DNA of 64,000 nt from Eledone cirrhosa (GCA_964016885.1 OZ024749.1:42532001-42596000), one strand, 5' to 3'; shown: positions 14,525 to 30,804, counted from the first letter of the stretch. Program-made: numbers and translations. The notes: generated by a model from the sequence alone, not told the origin.

Positions 14525-17500
14525 TACCACCACCACCACCATCATCACCAACACCACCACCAACACCACTATAAACACCTCTAACATCACCAACACCAAC
14601 ACTGTCAACACCACCATCACCACCATCACACCACTGTCACCACCACCACCACTGTCACTATCGTCACCACCACCCACTGTCAACACCACCACCACTACCA
14701 TCACCACCAGTGTCACCACCACCACCACAACACCACCATCGTCACCACCACTGTCACCACCACTGTCACCACCACCACCACCACAACACCACCACCATCG
14801 TCATCACCACCACTGTCAACACCACCACCACTGTCACCCTCAGTACCATTACTACCACCACCACCACCACTACCACCACCACCACCACCACTGTCACCAC
14901 TGTCAAAAACAACCCCCACCACCACCACCGTAGCCCCACACCACCACCACCACCACCAACGTCAGCCCCACACCACCACCACCACCACTGTCACCACTGT
15001 CCCACACCACCACCACTGTCACCACTGTCAAAACCACCACCACCACCACCACTGTCACCACCACCACCACCACCACCGTCAGCCCCACACCACCACCACC
15101 ACCACCGTCACCACTGTCAAAACCACCACCGTCAGCTCCACACCACCACCACCACCACCACCACCACCGCCACCACTGTCACCAACACCACCACCGTCAG
15201 CTCCACACCACCACCACCACCACCACCACCACCGTCAGCTCCACACCACCACCACCACCGTCACCACTGTCAACACCACCACCGTCAGCCCCACACCACC
15301 ACCACCACCACTGTCCCACTGTCAACACCATCACCGTCAGCTCCACACCACCACCACCACCACCACCACCACCACCGTCAGCTCCACACCACCACCACCA
15401 CCATCACCGTCAGCTCCACACCACCACCACCAACACCACCACCGTCAGCCTCACACCACCACCACTGTCCCACTGTCAACACCACCACCGTCAGCCCCAC
15501 ACCACCACCACCACCACCACCACCACCGTCAGCCCCACACCACCACCACCACCACCACCACCACCACCACCGCCAGCCCCACACCACCACCACCACCACT
15601 GTCCCACTGTCAACACCACCACCGTCAGCCCCACACCACCACCACCACCACCACCACCGTCAGCCCCACACCACCACCACCACCACCACCACCACCGTCA
15701 GCCCCACACCACCACCACCACCACCACCACCACCACCACCACCACCACCACCACCACCACCACCACCACCACCACCACCGCCAGCCCCACACCACCACCA
15801 CCACCACTGTCCCACTGTCAACACCACCACCGTCAGCTCCACACCACCACCACCACCACCACCACCGTCAGCCCCACACCACCACCACCACCACTGTCCC
15901 ACTGTCAACACCACCACCGTCAGCTCCACACCACCACCACCGTCAGCTCCACACCACCACCACCACCACCACTGTCCCACTGTCAACACCATCACGCCCT
16001 TCAATAATTAAGAGAACAACAGAGGTGTTAAAGAGCTTCTAGAACTATGAAGAATCTCTTCACCTATTTCCGCCAATTACACCAGAATGTCGTCGTTGAA
16101 CTGATTTCTGCAGCATTAAACTATAACCTCCCGCCTCCCCCCCATCAACACCTTCACACACCACCACCACCACCACCACCACCACCACCACCACCACCAC
16201 CACTACTGCCACCACCACCACATACCACCACTACTGCCAACATCACATATCGCCACCACCACCACCACCATCACCACCACCACCACCACCACAATCACAT
16301 ATCGCCACCACCACCACCACCACCACCACATACCACCACTACCACCAACACCACCACCACCACCACCACATACCACCACTACTGCCAACATCACATATCG
16401 CCGCCACCACCACCACCACCACCACCACCACCACCACCACCACCACATACCACCACTACTGCCAACATCACATATCGCCACCACCACCACCACCACCACC
16501 ACCACCACCACCACCACCACCACCACATACCACCACTACTGCCAACATCACATATCGCCACCACCACCACCACCACCACCACCACCACCACTACTGCCAG
16601 CATCACATATCGCCACTGCCACCAACACCACCACCACCACCACCACCACCACCACTACTGCCAGCATCACATATCGCCACCACCACCACCACCACCACCG
16701 CATACCACCACTACTGCCAACATCACATATCGCCACCACCACCACCACCATCACCACCACCACCACCACCACAATCACATATCGCCACCACCACCACCAC
16801 CACCACCACATACCACCACTACCACCAACACCACCACCACCACCACCACATACCACCACTACTGCCAACATCACATATCGCCACCACCACCACCACCACC
16901 ACCACCACCACCACCACCACCACATACCACCACTACTGCCAACATCACATATCGCCACCACCACCACCACCACCACCACCACCACCACTACTGCCAGCAT
17001 CACATATCGCCACTACCACCAACACCACCACCACCACCACCACATACCACCACTACTGCCAGCATCACATATCGCCACTGCCACCACCACTACCACTACC
17101 ACCACCACCACCACCACCACCACCACCGCCGCTACCATCATATACCACCACTACCATCGCCACCATCACCACTGTTACCACTGCTGCCACCACCACCGCC
17201 ACCATCACATATTGCCGCTGCCGCCGCCACCACCATCATCACATGCCGCCACTGCCTCCCCCACTGCCTCCGCCAACACCAGCACCACCATCATTATCAC
17301 TCCCTACCACCACCACCAGCGTCACCAGCACCACCAGCACCACCAACACCATAACATACTGTCCCCACCACCACCACCATAACATACCGTCACCACCACC
17401 ATAACATACCGTCACCACCACCACCACCATAACATACCGTCACCACCACCATAACATACCGTCACCACCACCATAACATACCGTCACCACCACCACCACC

Positions 17501-18040
17501 GCCAACACCAATACATACCGTCACCACCACCACCACCACCACCACCATAACATAACGTCACCACCACCACCACCACCATAACATACCGTCACCACCACCA
17601 CCACCAACACCATAACATACCGTCACCACCACCACCACCATCACCACCACCATAACATACCGTCACCACCACCGCCACCATCACCACCACCATAACATAC
17701 CGTCACCACCACCACCACCATAACATACCGTCACCACCACCACCACCACCACCATAACATACCGTCACCACCACCACCACCACCATAACATACCGTCACC
17801 ACCACCACCACCGCCAACACCATAACATACCGTCACCACCACCACCACCACCATAACATACCGTCACCACCACCACCACCACCGCCAACACCATAACATA
17901 CCGTCACCACCACCACCACCACCACCACCATAGCATACCGTCACCACCACCACCACCAACACCATAACATACCATCACCACCACCACCACCACCATAAAA
18001 TACCGTCATCACCACCGCCGCCACCACCACCACCACCACT
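14525..18040. repeat. (CAC)n-based compound minisatellite blocks
   Basis: Successive blocks with distinct spacers: CTGTCA/GTCAGCCCCA (14.5-16.0 kb), CATCACATATCG (16.2-17.1 kb) and CATAACATACCGT (17.35-18.0 kb). Confidence 0.95.
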
Positions 18041-18059
18041 GACTAAATGAGCACTCAAT

Positions 18060-19210
18060 ACATCTGTACAAGCAGACTATAGAATATTCTTTTTTGGGAA
18101 ATTTCTAGATATCTCTACTTCATGGTGGAAGACTTCATAGTGTAAATCTTGACGGCGGCTTCTCGTAATGAAGTGAGTATAAGGGTACCCTCTATGTACC
18201 CGGAGAAGAAGAAGAAGCAAGAGCGGCAGGCTTTGAGTGCTGTGTCCTCCAACTAGTCAATGTACGTGATGGTCAGCACGCCTGAGAGACTTGAGCCTAT
18301 CGGAAGTCTTGAACTGTGTTTGTATTTGTAGACTGAGCCTCCAGTGCTGTGTCCTCCAACTAGTCAATGTACGTGATGGTCAGCACGCCTGAGAGACTTG
18401 AGCCTATCAGAAGTCTTGAACTGTGTTTGTATTTGTAGACTGAGCCTCCAATGCTGTGTCCTCCAACTAGTCAATGTACGTGATGGTCAGCACGCCTGAG
18501 AGACTTGAGCCTATCGGAAGTCTTGAACTGTGTTTGTATTTGTAGACTGAGCCTCCAGTGCTGTGTCCTCCAACTAGTCAATGTACGTGATGGTCAGCAC
18601 GCCTGAGAGACTTGAGCCTATCAGAAGTCTTGAACTGTGTTTGTATTTGTAGACTGAGCCTCCAGTGCTGTGTCCTCCAACTAGTCAATGTACGTGATGG
18701 TCAGCACGCCTGAGAGACTTGAGCCTATCAGAAGTCTTGAACTGTGTTTGTATTTGTAGACTGAGCCTCCAGTGCTGTGTCCTCCAACTAGTCAATGTAC
18801 GTGATGGTCAGCACGCCTGAGAGACTTGAGCCTATCGGAAGTCTTGAACTGTGTTTGTATTTGTAGACTGAGCCTCCAGTGCTGTGTCCTCCAACTAGTC
18901 AATGTACGTGATGGTCAGCACGCCTGAGAGACTTGAGCCTATCGGAAGTCTTGAACTGTGTTTGTATTTGTAGACTGAGCCTCCAGTGCTGTATCCTCCA
19001 ACTAGTCAATGTACGTGATGGTCAGCACGCCTGAGAGACTTGAGCCTATCGGAAGTCTTGAACTGTGTTTGTATTTGTAGACTGAGCCTCCAATCTGGCA
19101 AAAAGGTGTTGGACATGACGACAGGGAGCAGTTCGTGGATGTTAGCAACAGTGAACCCGAAACAACTGAGGTCGGTAGAGGTGATGATGATGTCTATAAT
19201 TAAGTCGATG
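18060..19210 (+). pseudogene. probable hAT transposase C-terminal (dimerization domain) remnant
   Basis: Collapsing the tandem array gives DISTSWWK...MYPE...RQALSAVSSN*...VST...SLELCLYL*...PIW plus an acidic tail. This follows the order of the hATC pattern WW-YP-LSxPxSS-FS-LExxxFL-W. Stops present. Confidence 0.5.
18236..19092. repeat. 107-bp tandem repeat, 8 near-identical copies
   Basis: Unit AGTGCTGTGTCCTCCAACTAGTC...GACTGAGCCTCC with period 107 (18241, 18348, 18455 ...). Confidence 0.95.
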
Positions 19211-20275
19211 ACCACTGTCACCACCACCACCACCACCATCGTCACCACCACCACTGTCACCACCACTGTCAACACCACCACCACCACCACTGTCACCCTC
19301 AGTACCATTACTACCACCACCACCACCACCACTACCACCACTGCCACCACTGTCAAAACCACCACCACCACCACTACCACCACCGCCACTGCCACCACCA
19401 CCACTGCCACCACCACCACCACCACCACCATAACACCACCATCGTCACCACCACCACTGTCACCACCACTGTCAACACCACCACCACCACCACTGTCACC
19501 CTCAGTACCATTACTACCACCACCACCACCACCACCACTACCACCACTGCCACCACTGTCAAAACCACCACCACCACCACTACCACCACCACCACTGCCA
19601 CCACCACCACTGCCACCACCACCACCACCACCACTACCACCACCACCACCACTGCCACCACCACCACAACACCACCATCGTCACCACCACCACTGTCACC
19701 ACCACTGTCAACACCACCACCACCACTGTCACCCTCAGTACCATTACTACCACCACCACCACCACCACCACTACCACCACTGCCACCACTGTCAAAACCA
19801 CCACCACCACCACCACCACCACCACCACCACCACTGCCACCACCACCACTGCCACCACCACCACCACCACCACCACAACACCACCATCGTCACCACCACC
19901 ACTGTCACCACCACTGTCAACACCACCACCACCACCACTGTCACCCTCAGTACCATTACTACCACCACCACCACCACCACCACCACTACCACCACTGCCA
20001 CCACTGTCAAAACCACCACCACCACCACTACCACCACCACCACCACTGCCACCACCACCACTGCCACCACCACCACCACCACCACCGCCACCGCCACCAC
20101 CACCACCACCGCCACCGCCACCGCCACCACCACCACCACCACCACCACCACCACCACCGCCACCACCACTACCACCACTGCCACCACTGTCAAAACCACC
20201 ACCACCACCACCACCACCGCCACCGCCACCACCGCCACCACCACCACCACCACCACCACCACTACCGTCACCACC
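19210..20275. repeat. (CAC)n-based minisatellite
   Basis: Unit containing CTGTCACCCTCAGTACCATTACTACC repeated four times; also present once near 14830. Confidence 0.95.
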
Positions 20276-20339
20276 GTTGGGGTTGGCTTGAGGGTGGACG
20301 GGGGACAGGGGTGTAGAGGGGGCAACTATGTCTAAACTA

Positions 20340-20922
20340 CTTCTTCTTCGGCCGAGTTTACCCTGGCAAAGACTCAGCAGGCTTTCTCCAATCGTCCCGG
20401 CCGAGCATCACATTTCTCAGTTCGTCGATGTTATCAATGTCGGCATCTCTCAGCAGGGTATCAATGAACGAGACGGCCTGTCTTCCCACGCTTCTTCGTC
20501 TGACCGTCGGTTTCCAGAGCACAAGCCGTGATGCTGTCTCTTCTGGATGACGGATGCACTGCCCAACCAGTTTCATTCATCGGCAGGCAACTCTTTTTGA
20601 GACTGGTGGTAGTAATCTGTGTAGTTCTTTATTTGTCAGCTTCTGTTTCCAAGAAATGCTGGGAACCATTCTCAACATCCTCGGTGTAACATCCACCAAG
20701 TCTCTTGCATGGCACTTTGTCAATAGTCCACGTTTCACTGCCGTAAAACAGAACAGACTCAACAGTTGCTAGGAAGAGGCGCCCCTTGATTTTGCGGTTT
20801 AGGTCGGACTTTCACACCTTCAGTAGCTTGTGGCATGCCGACCATGCTAGTGCTTTTCTAACTTCAAAGTCCTTGCTTGAGCTGTGCATCCATGCACCAA
20901 GATACTTAAAGTTCTCAACGGG
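20340..20922 (-). mobile_element. RTE LINE 3' fragment
   Basis: Minus strand encodes VENFKYLGAW, TPRMLRMVPSISWKQKLTNKELH and GQCIRHPEETASRLVLWKP...DWRK. Short (GAA)n tail. Confidence 0.85.
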
Positions 20923-20924
20923 TA

Positions 20925-21215
20925 TCTATTCTGTCTAAGTGTGGTGGAGGTGACACACAGATGTCGACACAGTCACCCACAGAAACTCACACATATGCTC
21001 ACACATAAGCATTCATACTCATACCACCACAACCTTTGTTCATATATATTTTTTCCAATTCCACCTCGTTCGTCCATTCAATCTATCTTATTTCTCATTC
21101 TTTCTGCTGATGAAGGTCTAGCATCCGAAACGTTAAGACCCTCTTCCTGCTATTTCAAGCGTTAACCTAATATATTTCTTCCATATACTGTACCGAATGT
21201 GTTGTTATTTCTGTT

Positions 21216-21222
<7 letters not shown>
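20925..21222 (+). mobile_element. Penelope-like 3' terminal fragment, family A
   Basis: Contains an HHR core and ends abruptly in (TA)n. Its last ~45 bp recur at 36592-36645. The 5' boundary is uncertain. Confidence 0.55.
21100..21140 (+). ncRNA. minimal hammerhead ribozyme motif (PLE type)
   Basis: CTGATGA(21107)-AGG tctagcat CC-GAAAC(21127)-GTT, with a palindromic AACGTT in place of stem III. Stem I is weak. Confidence 0.55.
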
Positions 21223-21275
<53 letters not shown>

Positions 21276-21867
21276 TAATACATGCATGTGTGCGGTCTTG
21301 ATGTAAATATGTTTTCCGAACAAATGTTATTTCTGTATTTGACAAATTGGTGAGAGAATTCACACGACAATGCATGGTTGACACTTATTACACACACACA
21401 CACACATACACACACACACACACATAGACACACACATAGATACACACACACACACACACACACAGACACACACACACACATAGAGACACACACACACAGA
21501 CACACACACACATAAACATACACACACACACATACATAGACATACACACACACATACATAGACATACACATACACGCCTACATGTACACATCCTTATAGA
21601 CATACCCATGCTTGTACACATACATACATGATACATAAATACACTCACACACGTGGATATATATATATATATATATACACACACATACACTAGTGGCACT
21701 GAACCTCTGGCAGAGTGGGATGGGAGCTGCTTTCGTCACAGAAATATTGACCAATCCGTGGCTACAATTGAAGACACAAGGAAGCGAAGAGAATTCCTCA
21801 ATTCCACGGCCATTCCTGACCCTTCTTTAATGATTAGTTATAAAAACTGAATAAATTAAAGGGATTA

Positions 21868-21972
21868 GTTATGTGACGTGATCTTTAATAGTTATATGAC
21901 GTCACTTGTAATTGTTATGTGACGTCACTTTTAATTGTTATGTGACGTAAGCTACTAAAAAGTATGACGTAG
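21868..21972. repeat. ~23-bp degenerate tandem repeat carrying TGACGT(CA)
   Basis: Five TGACGT cores, two of them the full palindrome TGACGTCA. Confidence 0.75.
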
Positions 21973-22061
21973 TTTATTACGAAATCTTTTAACAAAAGCT
22001 GAGCTGTCAGTTCACCTTAAGTATTGTTTGATTTCAAACTTCCTGTCAATTGGTAGTTCTA

Positions 22062-22447
22062 TGTGTAGCTGTTGGTGATGTATCTGTGTGTGTGTGTGTA
22101 GCTGTTGGTGATGTATCTGTGTGTGTGTGTAGCTGTTGGTGATGTATGTGTGTGTGTGTAGCTGGTGGTGATGTATCTGTGTGTGTGTGTGTAGCTGGTG
22201 GTGATGTATCTGTGTGTGTGTAGCTGGTGGTGATGTATCTGTGTGTGTGTGTGTAGCTGGTGGTGATGTATCTGTGTGTGTGTGTGTAGCTGGTGGTGAT
22301 GTATCTGTGTGTGTGTGTGTAGCTGGTGGTGATGTATCTGTGTGTGTGTGTGTGTAGCTGGTGGTGATGTATCTGTGTGTGTGTGTGTGTGTGTGTGTGT
22401 AGCTGGTGGTGATGTATCTGTGTGTGTGTGTAGCTGGTGGTGATGTA

Positions 22448-22482
<35 letters not shown>

Positions 22483-22709
22483 CTGTTGGTGATGTATCTG
22501 TGTGTGTGTGTAGCTGGTGGTGATGTATCTGTGTGTGTGTGTGTGTGTGTGTGTAGCTGGTGGTGATGTATCTGTGTGTGTGTGTGTGTAGCTGGTGGTG
22601 ATGTATCTGTGTGTGTGTGTGTGTGTGTGTAGCTGGTGGTGATGTATCTGTGTGTGTGTGTAGCTGGTGGTGATGTATCTGTGTGTGTGTGTAGCTGGTG
22701 GTGATGTAT

Positions 22710-22743
<34 letters not shown>

Positions 22744-23148
22744 CTGTTGGTGATGTATCTGTGTGTGTGTATGTAGCTGGTGGTGATGTATCTGTGTGTG
22801 TGTGTGTGTGTGTGTGTAGCTGGTGGTGATGTATCTGTGTGTGTGTGTGTGTAGCTGGTGGTGATGTATCTGTGTGTGTGTGTGTGTGTGTAGCTGGTGG
22901 TGATGTATCTGTGTGTGTGTGTGTGTAGCTGGTGGTGATGTATCTGTGTGTGTGTGTGTAGCTGGTGGTGATGTATCTGTGTGTGTGTGTGTAGCTGGTG
23001 GTGATGTATCTGTGTGTGTGTGTGTGTAGCTGGTGGTGATGTATCTGTGTGTGTGTGTGTGTAGCTGGTGGTGATGTATCTGTGTGTGTGTGTGTGTAGC
23101 TGGTGGTGATGTATCTGTGTGTGTGTGTGTGTAGCTGGTGGTGATGTA

Positions 23149-23181
<33 letters not shown>

Positions 23182-23226
23182 CTGGTGGTGATGTATCTGT
23201 GTGTGTGTGTAGCTGGTGGTGATGTA

Positions 23227-23259
<33 letters not shown>

Positions 23260-23637
23260 CTGTTGGTGATGTATCTGTGTGTGTGTATGTAGCTGGTGGT
23301 GATGTATCTGTGTGTGTGTGTGTGTGTGTGTGTAGCTGGTGGTGATGTATCTGTGTGTGTGTGTGTGTAGCTGGTGGTGATGTATCTGTGTGTGTGTGTG
23401 TGTGTGTAGCTGGTGGTGATGTATCTGTGTGTGTGTGTGTGTAGCTGGTGGTGATGTATCTGTGTGTGTGTGTGTAGCTGGTGGTGATGTATCTGTGTGT
23501 GTGTGTGTGTAGCTGGTGGTGATGTATCTGTGTGTGTGTGTGTGTAGCTGGTGGTGATGTATCTGTGTGTGTGTGTGTGTGTGTGTGTGTAGCTGGTGGT
23601 GATGTATCTGTGTGTGTGTGTAGCTGGTGGTGATGTA

Positions 23638-23672
<35 letters not shown>

Positions 23673-23719
23673 CTGTTGGTGATGTATCTGTGTGTGTGTA
23701 TGTAGCTGGTGGTGATGTA

Positions 23720-23758
<39 letters not shown>

Positions 23759-24440
23759 CTGTTGGTGATGTATCTGTGTGTGTGTATGTAGCTGGTGGTG
23801 ATGTATCTGTGTGTGTGTAGCTGGTGGTGATGTATCTGTGTGTGTGTGTGTGTGTGTAGCTGGTGGTGATGTATCTGTGTGTGTGTGTGTGTAGCTGGTG
23901 GTGATGTATCTGTGTGTGTGTGTGTGTAGCTGGTGGTGATGTAGCTGTGTGTGTGTGTGTGTAGCTGGTGGTGATGTATCTGTGTGTGTGTGTAGCTGGT
24001 GGTGATGTATCTGTGTGTGTGTGTGTGTGTGTGTAGCTGGTGGTGATGCATCTGTGTGTGTGTGTGTGTGTGTGTGTAGCTGGTGGTGATGCATCTGTGT
24101 GTGTGTGTGTGTGTAGCTGGTGGTGATGCATCTGTGTGTGTGTGTGTGTGTAGCTGGTGGTGATGTATCTGTGTGTGTGTGTAGCTGGTGGTGATGTATC
24201 TGTGTGTGTGTGTGTAGCTGTTGGTGATGTAGCTGTGTGTGTGTGTGTGTAGCTGGTGGTGATGTATCTGTGTGTGTGTGTAGCTGGTGGTGATGTATCT
24301 GTGTGTGTGTGTGTGTGTGTGTAGCTGGTGGTGATGTATCTGTGTGTGTGTGTGTAGCTGGTGGTGATGTATCTGTGTGTGTGTGTAGCTGGTGGTGATG
24401 CATCTGTGTGTGTATGTGTGTGTGTAGCTGTTGGTGGTGA
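22062..24440. repeat. minisatellite AGCTGGTGGTGATGTATCT+(GT)n of variable length
   Basis: Dozens of constant 19-mers separated by variable (GT)n. Confidence 0.97.
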
Positions 24441-24472
24441 TCGTGTTCCTCTGACTGTGTGGCGGTGGTGGT

Positions 24473-25525
<1,053 letters not shown>

Positions 25526-25779
25526 TTCCATACCTATCTATCTGTGTGTGTGATCTTTTGTATCTTCGATTACGCCCCATCCAGACTAATAAGTAGATTT
25601 TTATTTCTTGTTTATAACTCCTCACTAATTTATAATCGATATACAATCAGATCGGCAGTGATTTCTCCTCCACCCCACACCCTCTCATTGATAGCTACTC
25701 TTACAGTCACCAGTACAAGCTTATAACGAACACATAATCACTTATATCACTGATTATGTACTGATAATGCTTTCATACA

Positions 25780-25877
25780 CGTTCACATGCATCACCCTCT
25801 TACTAATTACCTCATGCACACACACACACACATACACACACAGAGGCACACACACAGATACACACAGGCACACACAC

Positions 25878-25934
<57 letters not shown>

Positions 25935-26022
25935 CGTTCACATGCATCACCCTCTTACTAATTACCTCACGCACGCACACACACACATACACACACAGAG
26001 GCACACACACAGATACACACAG

Positions 26023-26067
<45 letters not shown>

Positions 26068-26155
26068 CGTTCACATGCATCACCCTCTTACTAATTACCT
26101 CACGCACGCACACACACACATACACACACAGAGGCACACACACAGATACACACAG

Positions 26156-26202
<47 letters not shown>

Positions 26203-26290
26203 CGTACACATGCATCACCCTCTTACTAATTACCTCATGCACGCACACACACACATACACACACAGAGGCACACACACAGATACACACAG

Positions 26291-26347
<57 letters not shown>

Positions 26348-26435
26348 CGTTCACATGCATCACCCTCTTACTAATTACCTCATGCACGCACACACACACA
26401 TACACACACAGAGGCACACACACAGATACACACAG

Positions 26436-26488
<53 letters not shown>

Positions 26489-26576
26489 CGTACACATGCA
26501 TCACCCTCTTACTAATTACCTCATGCACGCACACACACACATACACACACAGAGGCACACACACAGATACACACAG

Positions 26577-26627
<51 letters not shown>

Positions 26628-26715
26628 CGTTCACATGCATCACCCTCTTACTAATTACCTCATGCACGCACACACACACATACACACACAGAGGCACACA
26701 CACAGATACACACAG

Positions 26716-26766
<51 letters not shown>

Positions 26767-26854
26767 CGTTCACATGCATCACCCTCTTACTAATTACCTC
26801 ATGCACGCACACACACACATACACACACAGAGGCACACACACAGATACACACAG

Positions 26855-26905
<51 letters not shown>

Positions 26906-27003
26906 CGTACACATGCATCACCCTCTTACTAATTACCTCATGCACGCACACACACACATACACACACAGAGGCACACACACAGATACACACAGGCACACA
27001 CAC

Positions 27004-27043
<40 letters not shown>

Positions 27044-27131
27044 CGTTCACATGCATCACCCTCTTACTAATTACCTCATGCACGCACACACACACATACA
27101 CACACAGAGGCACACACACAGATACACACAG

Positions 27132-27170
<39 letters not shown>

Positions 27171-27258
27171 CGTTCACATGCATCACCCTCTTACTAATTA
27201 CCTCACGCACACACACACACACATACACACACAGAGGCACACACACAGATACACACAG

Positions 27259-27303
<45 letters not shown>

Positions 27304-27395
27304 CGTTCACATGCATCACCCTCTTACTAATTACCTCACGCACGCACACACACACATACACACACAGAGGCACACACACAGATACACACAGGCAC
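25780..27395. repeat. ~135-145-bp tandem repeat with internal (CA)n, about 12 copies
   Basis: Constant block AAACTACCGTTCACATGCATCACCCTCTTACTAATTACCTCA. Confidence 0.95.
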
Positions 27396-27534
27396 GCACA
27401 CACACACGCACACACAGACACAGAGAGAGAGAGAGAGAGGCGCGCACACACACACAGAGAGAAACACACTCACACAGAGGAAAACACACACACAGAGAAA
27501 CATACACACACACACACACAAACTATACACACAG

Positions 27535-27573
<39 letters not shown>

Positions 27574-27709
27574 CGCACACACACAGAGAGGAACACACAC
27601 ACACAAACTACGTAATTCGTCAGCTGCAGCCAGATGACGTCCGTCATCACCACAGAAGTAAATGTTTGCCAGGAGGATCGGAACGTGGTTTAGAAGGTCG
27701 ATTGTGATT

Positions 27710-28718
<1,009 letters not shown>

Positions 28719-28734
28719 GTGTATTACACACAAT

Positions 28735-29625
28735 GGCGTCGAATTGGTAGAATCGTTAGAACGTCGGATAGAACAGTTTATGGTATTCGTTTCGCTTTAT
28801 GCTCTCTGAGTTCAAATCCCGCTGAGGTCAACTTTGTCTTTCATCCATTCAAGGCCGATAATAAAAAGAAGCAGTGTAGTACTGCGGTAGATTCTTCTGC
28901 CATAACCCTTTCTCACTTTGATTCTCTCACTCTCTAGTCTTCTCTGATAGAAATACGCTCTATTCAGACTTTGTGAGGAGATGGGATCCACCAGATTAAA
29001 TAAAAAGAAGCAGTGTAGTACTGCGGTAGATTCCTCTGCCATAACCCTTTCTCACTTTGATTCTCTCACTCTCTAGTCTTCTCTGATAGAAATACGCTCT
29101 ATTCACACTTTGTGAGGAGATGGGATCCACCAGATTAAATAAAAAGAAGCAGTGTAGTACTACGGTAGATTCCTCTGCCATAACCCTTTCTCACTTTGAT
29201 TCTCTCACTCTCTAGTCTTCTCTGATAGAAATACGCTCTATTCAGACTTTGTGAGGAGATGGGATCCACCAGATTAAATAAAAAAATGCCCAGTGTAGTA
29301 CTGCGGTAGATTCCTCTGCCATAACCCTTTCTCACTTTGATTCTCTCACTCTCTAGTCTTCTCTGATAGAAATACGCTCTATTCAGACTTTGTGAGGAGA
29401 TGGGATCCACCAGATTAAATAAAAAAATGCCCAGTGTAGTACTACGGTAGATTCTTCTGCCATAACCCTTTCTCACTTTGATTCTCTCACTCTCTAGTCT
29501 TCTCTGATAGAAATACGCTCTATTCAGACTTTGTGAGGAGATGGGATCCACCAGATTAAATAAAAAAATGCCTTAGAAAGGCCATATACCAACGCTGCGC
29601 CGCAACCACTTCCTCAGGAGTTACG
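28735..29625 (+). mobile_element. SINE S1 variant whose 3' half is amplified as a 139-bp tandem repeat (5 copies)
   Basis: Head GGCGTCGAATTGGTAGAATCGTTAG and B-box GAGTTCAAATCC, then the unit AATAAAAAGAAGCAGTGTAGTACT...GGGATCCACCAGATTA at period ~139 (28860-29570). Confidence 0.85.
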
Positions 29626-29629
29626 GTAC

Positions 29630-29850
29630 TAGTTATCGACCCCGGAAGGATGAAAGGCAAAGTTAACCTCGACGGGATTTGAACTCAGAGAGAATAACAA
29701 CAATAATGGTTTTACAACAAAAAAGGCCACTTTTTTGGGGAGGAGAAAGTCGATTAAATCGACCCAAGTGCGTGACTGGTACTTTATTTTATCGACCCCG
29801 TAAGGATGAAAGGCAAAGTCAACCTCGGCGGGATTTGAACTCATAGAATA
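29630..29850 (-). mobile_element. two truncated SINE S1 copies
   Basis: GGATGAAAGGCAAAGT...GGATTTGAACTCA occurs twice. Confidence 0.85.
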
Positions 29851-30394
29851 ACAAAAAATAATAAAAATATACACACGCCTATCCTAAGTTTTCTAATAGT
29901 ATCGAGATGAACAACAAGAATTACCTCCCTTACGGTAGTTCATTTTAATTTTTCACTCGGTTGCATCTTATAACAAGTCTACTGTCTAAAGTGGTTATGA
30001 AGTATTATTGATGACATGAATAGGAAGTTATTTATAGCTAAACTGAATCAGACTAAAAATGTCGATTTGAGAAATGACTTTTTACCACATTAAACCTTTA
30101 ATAAACAACTAATGTAATGGTAAACATGTAAAAAAAAAAACCACATACTTCACCGTCACTACATCTCCCACTCCCAGCACCATCAACCCCCCCCCCTCCA
30201 CTACCCGAAATAGTATAGAAAGAGCATTTATTGAGTGAGAGAGGGTTAAAGAGAAATTACACAACATACTTATCAAATATGAAATTCAAATTCAAGGGAG
30301 AGAATAAAAAACGCTTGTAAGGGAAACAACTCATACAGTTCACACTCGCACACACATAATAAAAATAAATATATATATATATATATATATATAA

Positions 30395-30551
30395 AACGAA
30401 GGAAGTGTGGTAAGGAACCAGGTGGACCATAACGCACCAGAGTAATCGATACTTAGGGTAGTAGAGTGGGTAATAGGAAAAGAGTCAGGACCCCGACGGC
30501 TGAGCTCCGGCCGTTTCGACAGCTAGATCCGAACTGTTCGGATCTAGCTGT
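30395..30551 (-). mobile_element. Penelope-like terminal fragment, family B, with partial HHR
   Basis: Minus strand: stem II hairpin, then GAAAC-GGC...GCC-GTC-GGGGTC, ending CACACTTCCTTCGTT at (TA)n. Perfect 16-bp hairpin at 30519-30551. Confidence 0.7.
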
Positions 30552-30641
30552 ATATATATAGAGTGGAAAAGAAGAAGATATCAGTGATACCTTGGAAATA
30601 TTTATAAATCCCTATATATGTTGGGTGCAATGTACATTATT

Positions 30642-30785
30642 AAAGGATCCGATAGGAACCTCAGATAATGTCGGTGAAAACCTTTCTATGCGCATGGGTC
30701 AGTTTTGAGTTCTGTATCCAACACGAACCACACAGATATAGAAAGGTCTTTTCCGACATTCTCCGAGGTTTCTATCGGATCCCTT
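30642..30785. repeat. imperfect ~48-bp inverted repeat with ~48-bp spacer (MITE-like or fold-back)
   Basis: GGATCCGATAGGAACCTC...CCTTTCTAT pairs with ATAGAAAGG...GAGGTTTCTATCGGATCC. Confidence 0.8.
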
Positions 30786-30804
30786 GATTGACTTCTGACT
30801 AATC

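Noticed and set aside
18236-19092. Regularly spaced repeats as a CRISPR array
   Set aside because: Whole 107-bp units are identical with no unique spacers, there are no cas genes, and the context is eukaryotic.
14710-20335. Pro/His/Thr-rich ORFs of about 430 aa
   Set aside because: Translations of (CAC)n repeats that shift frame at random.
22012-24403. Long ORFs (679-785 aa) and repeat-spacer appearance
   Set aside because: Open in all three minus frames because the minisatellite lacks stops; the spacers are only (GT)n.
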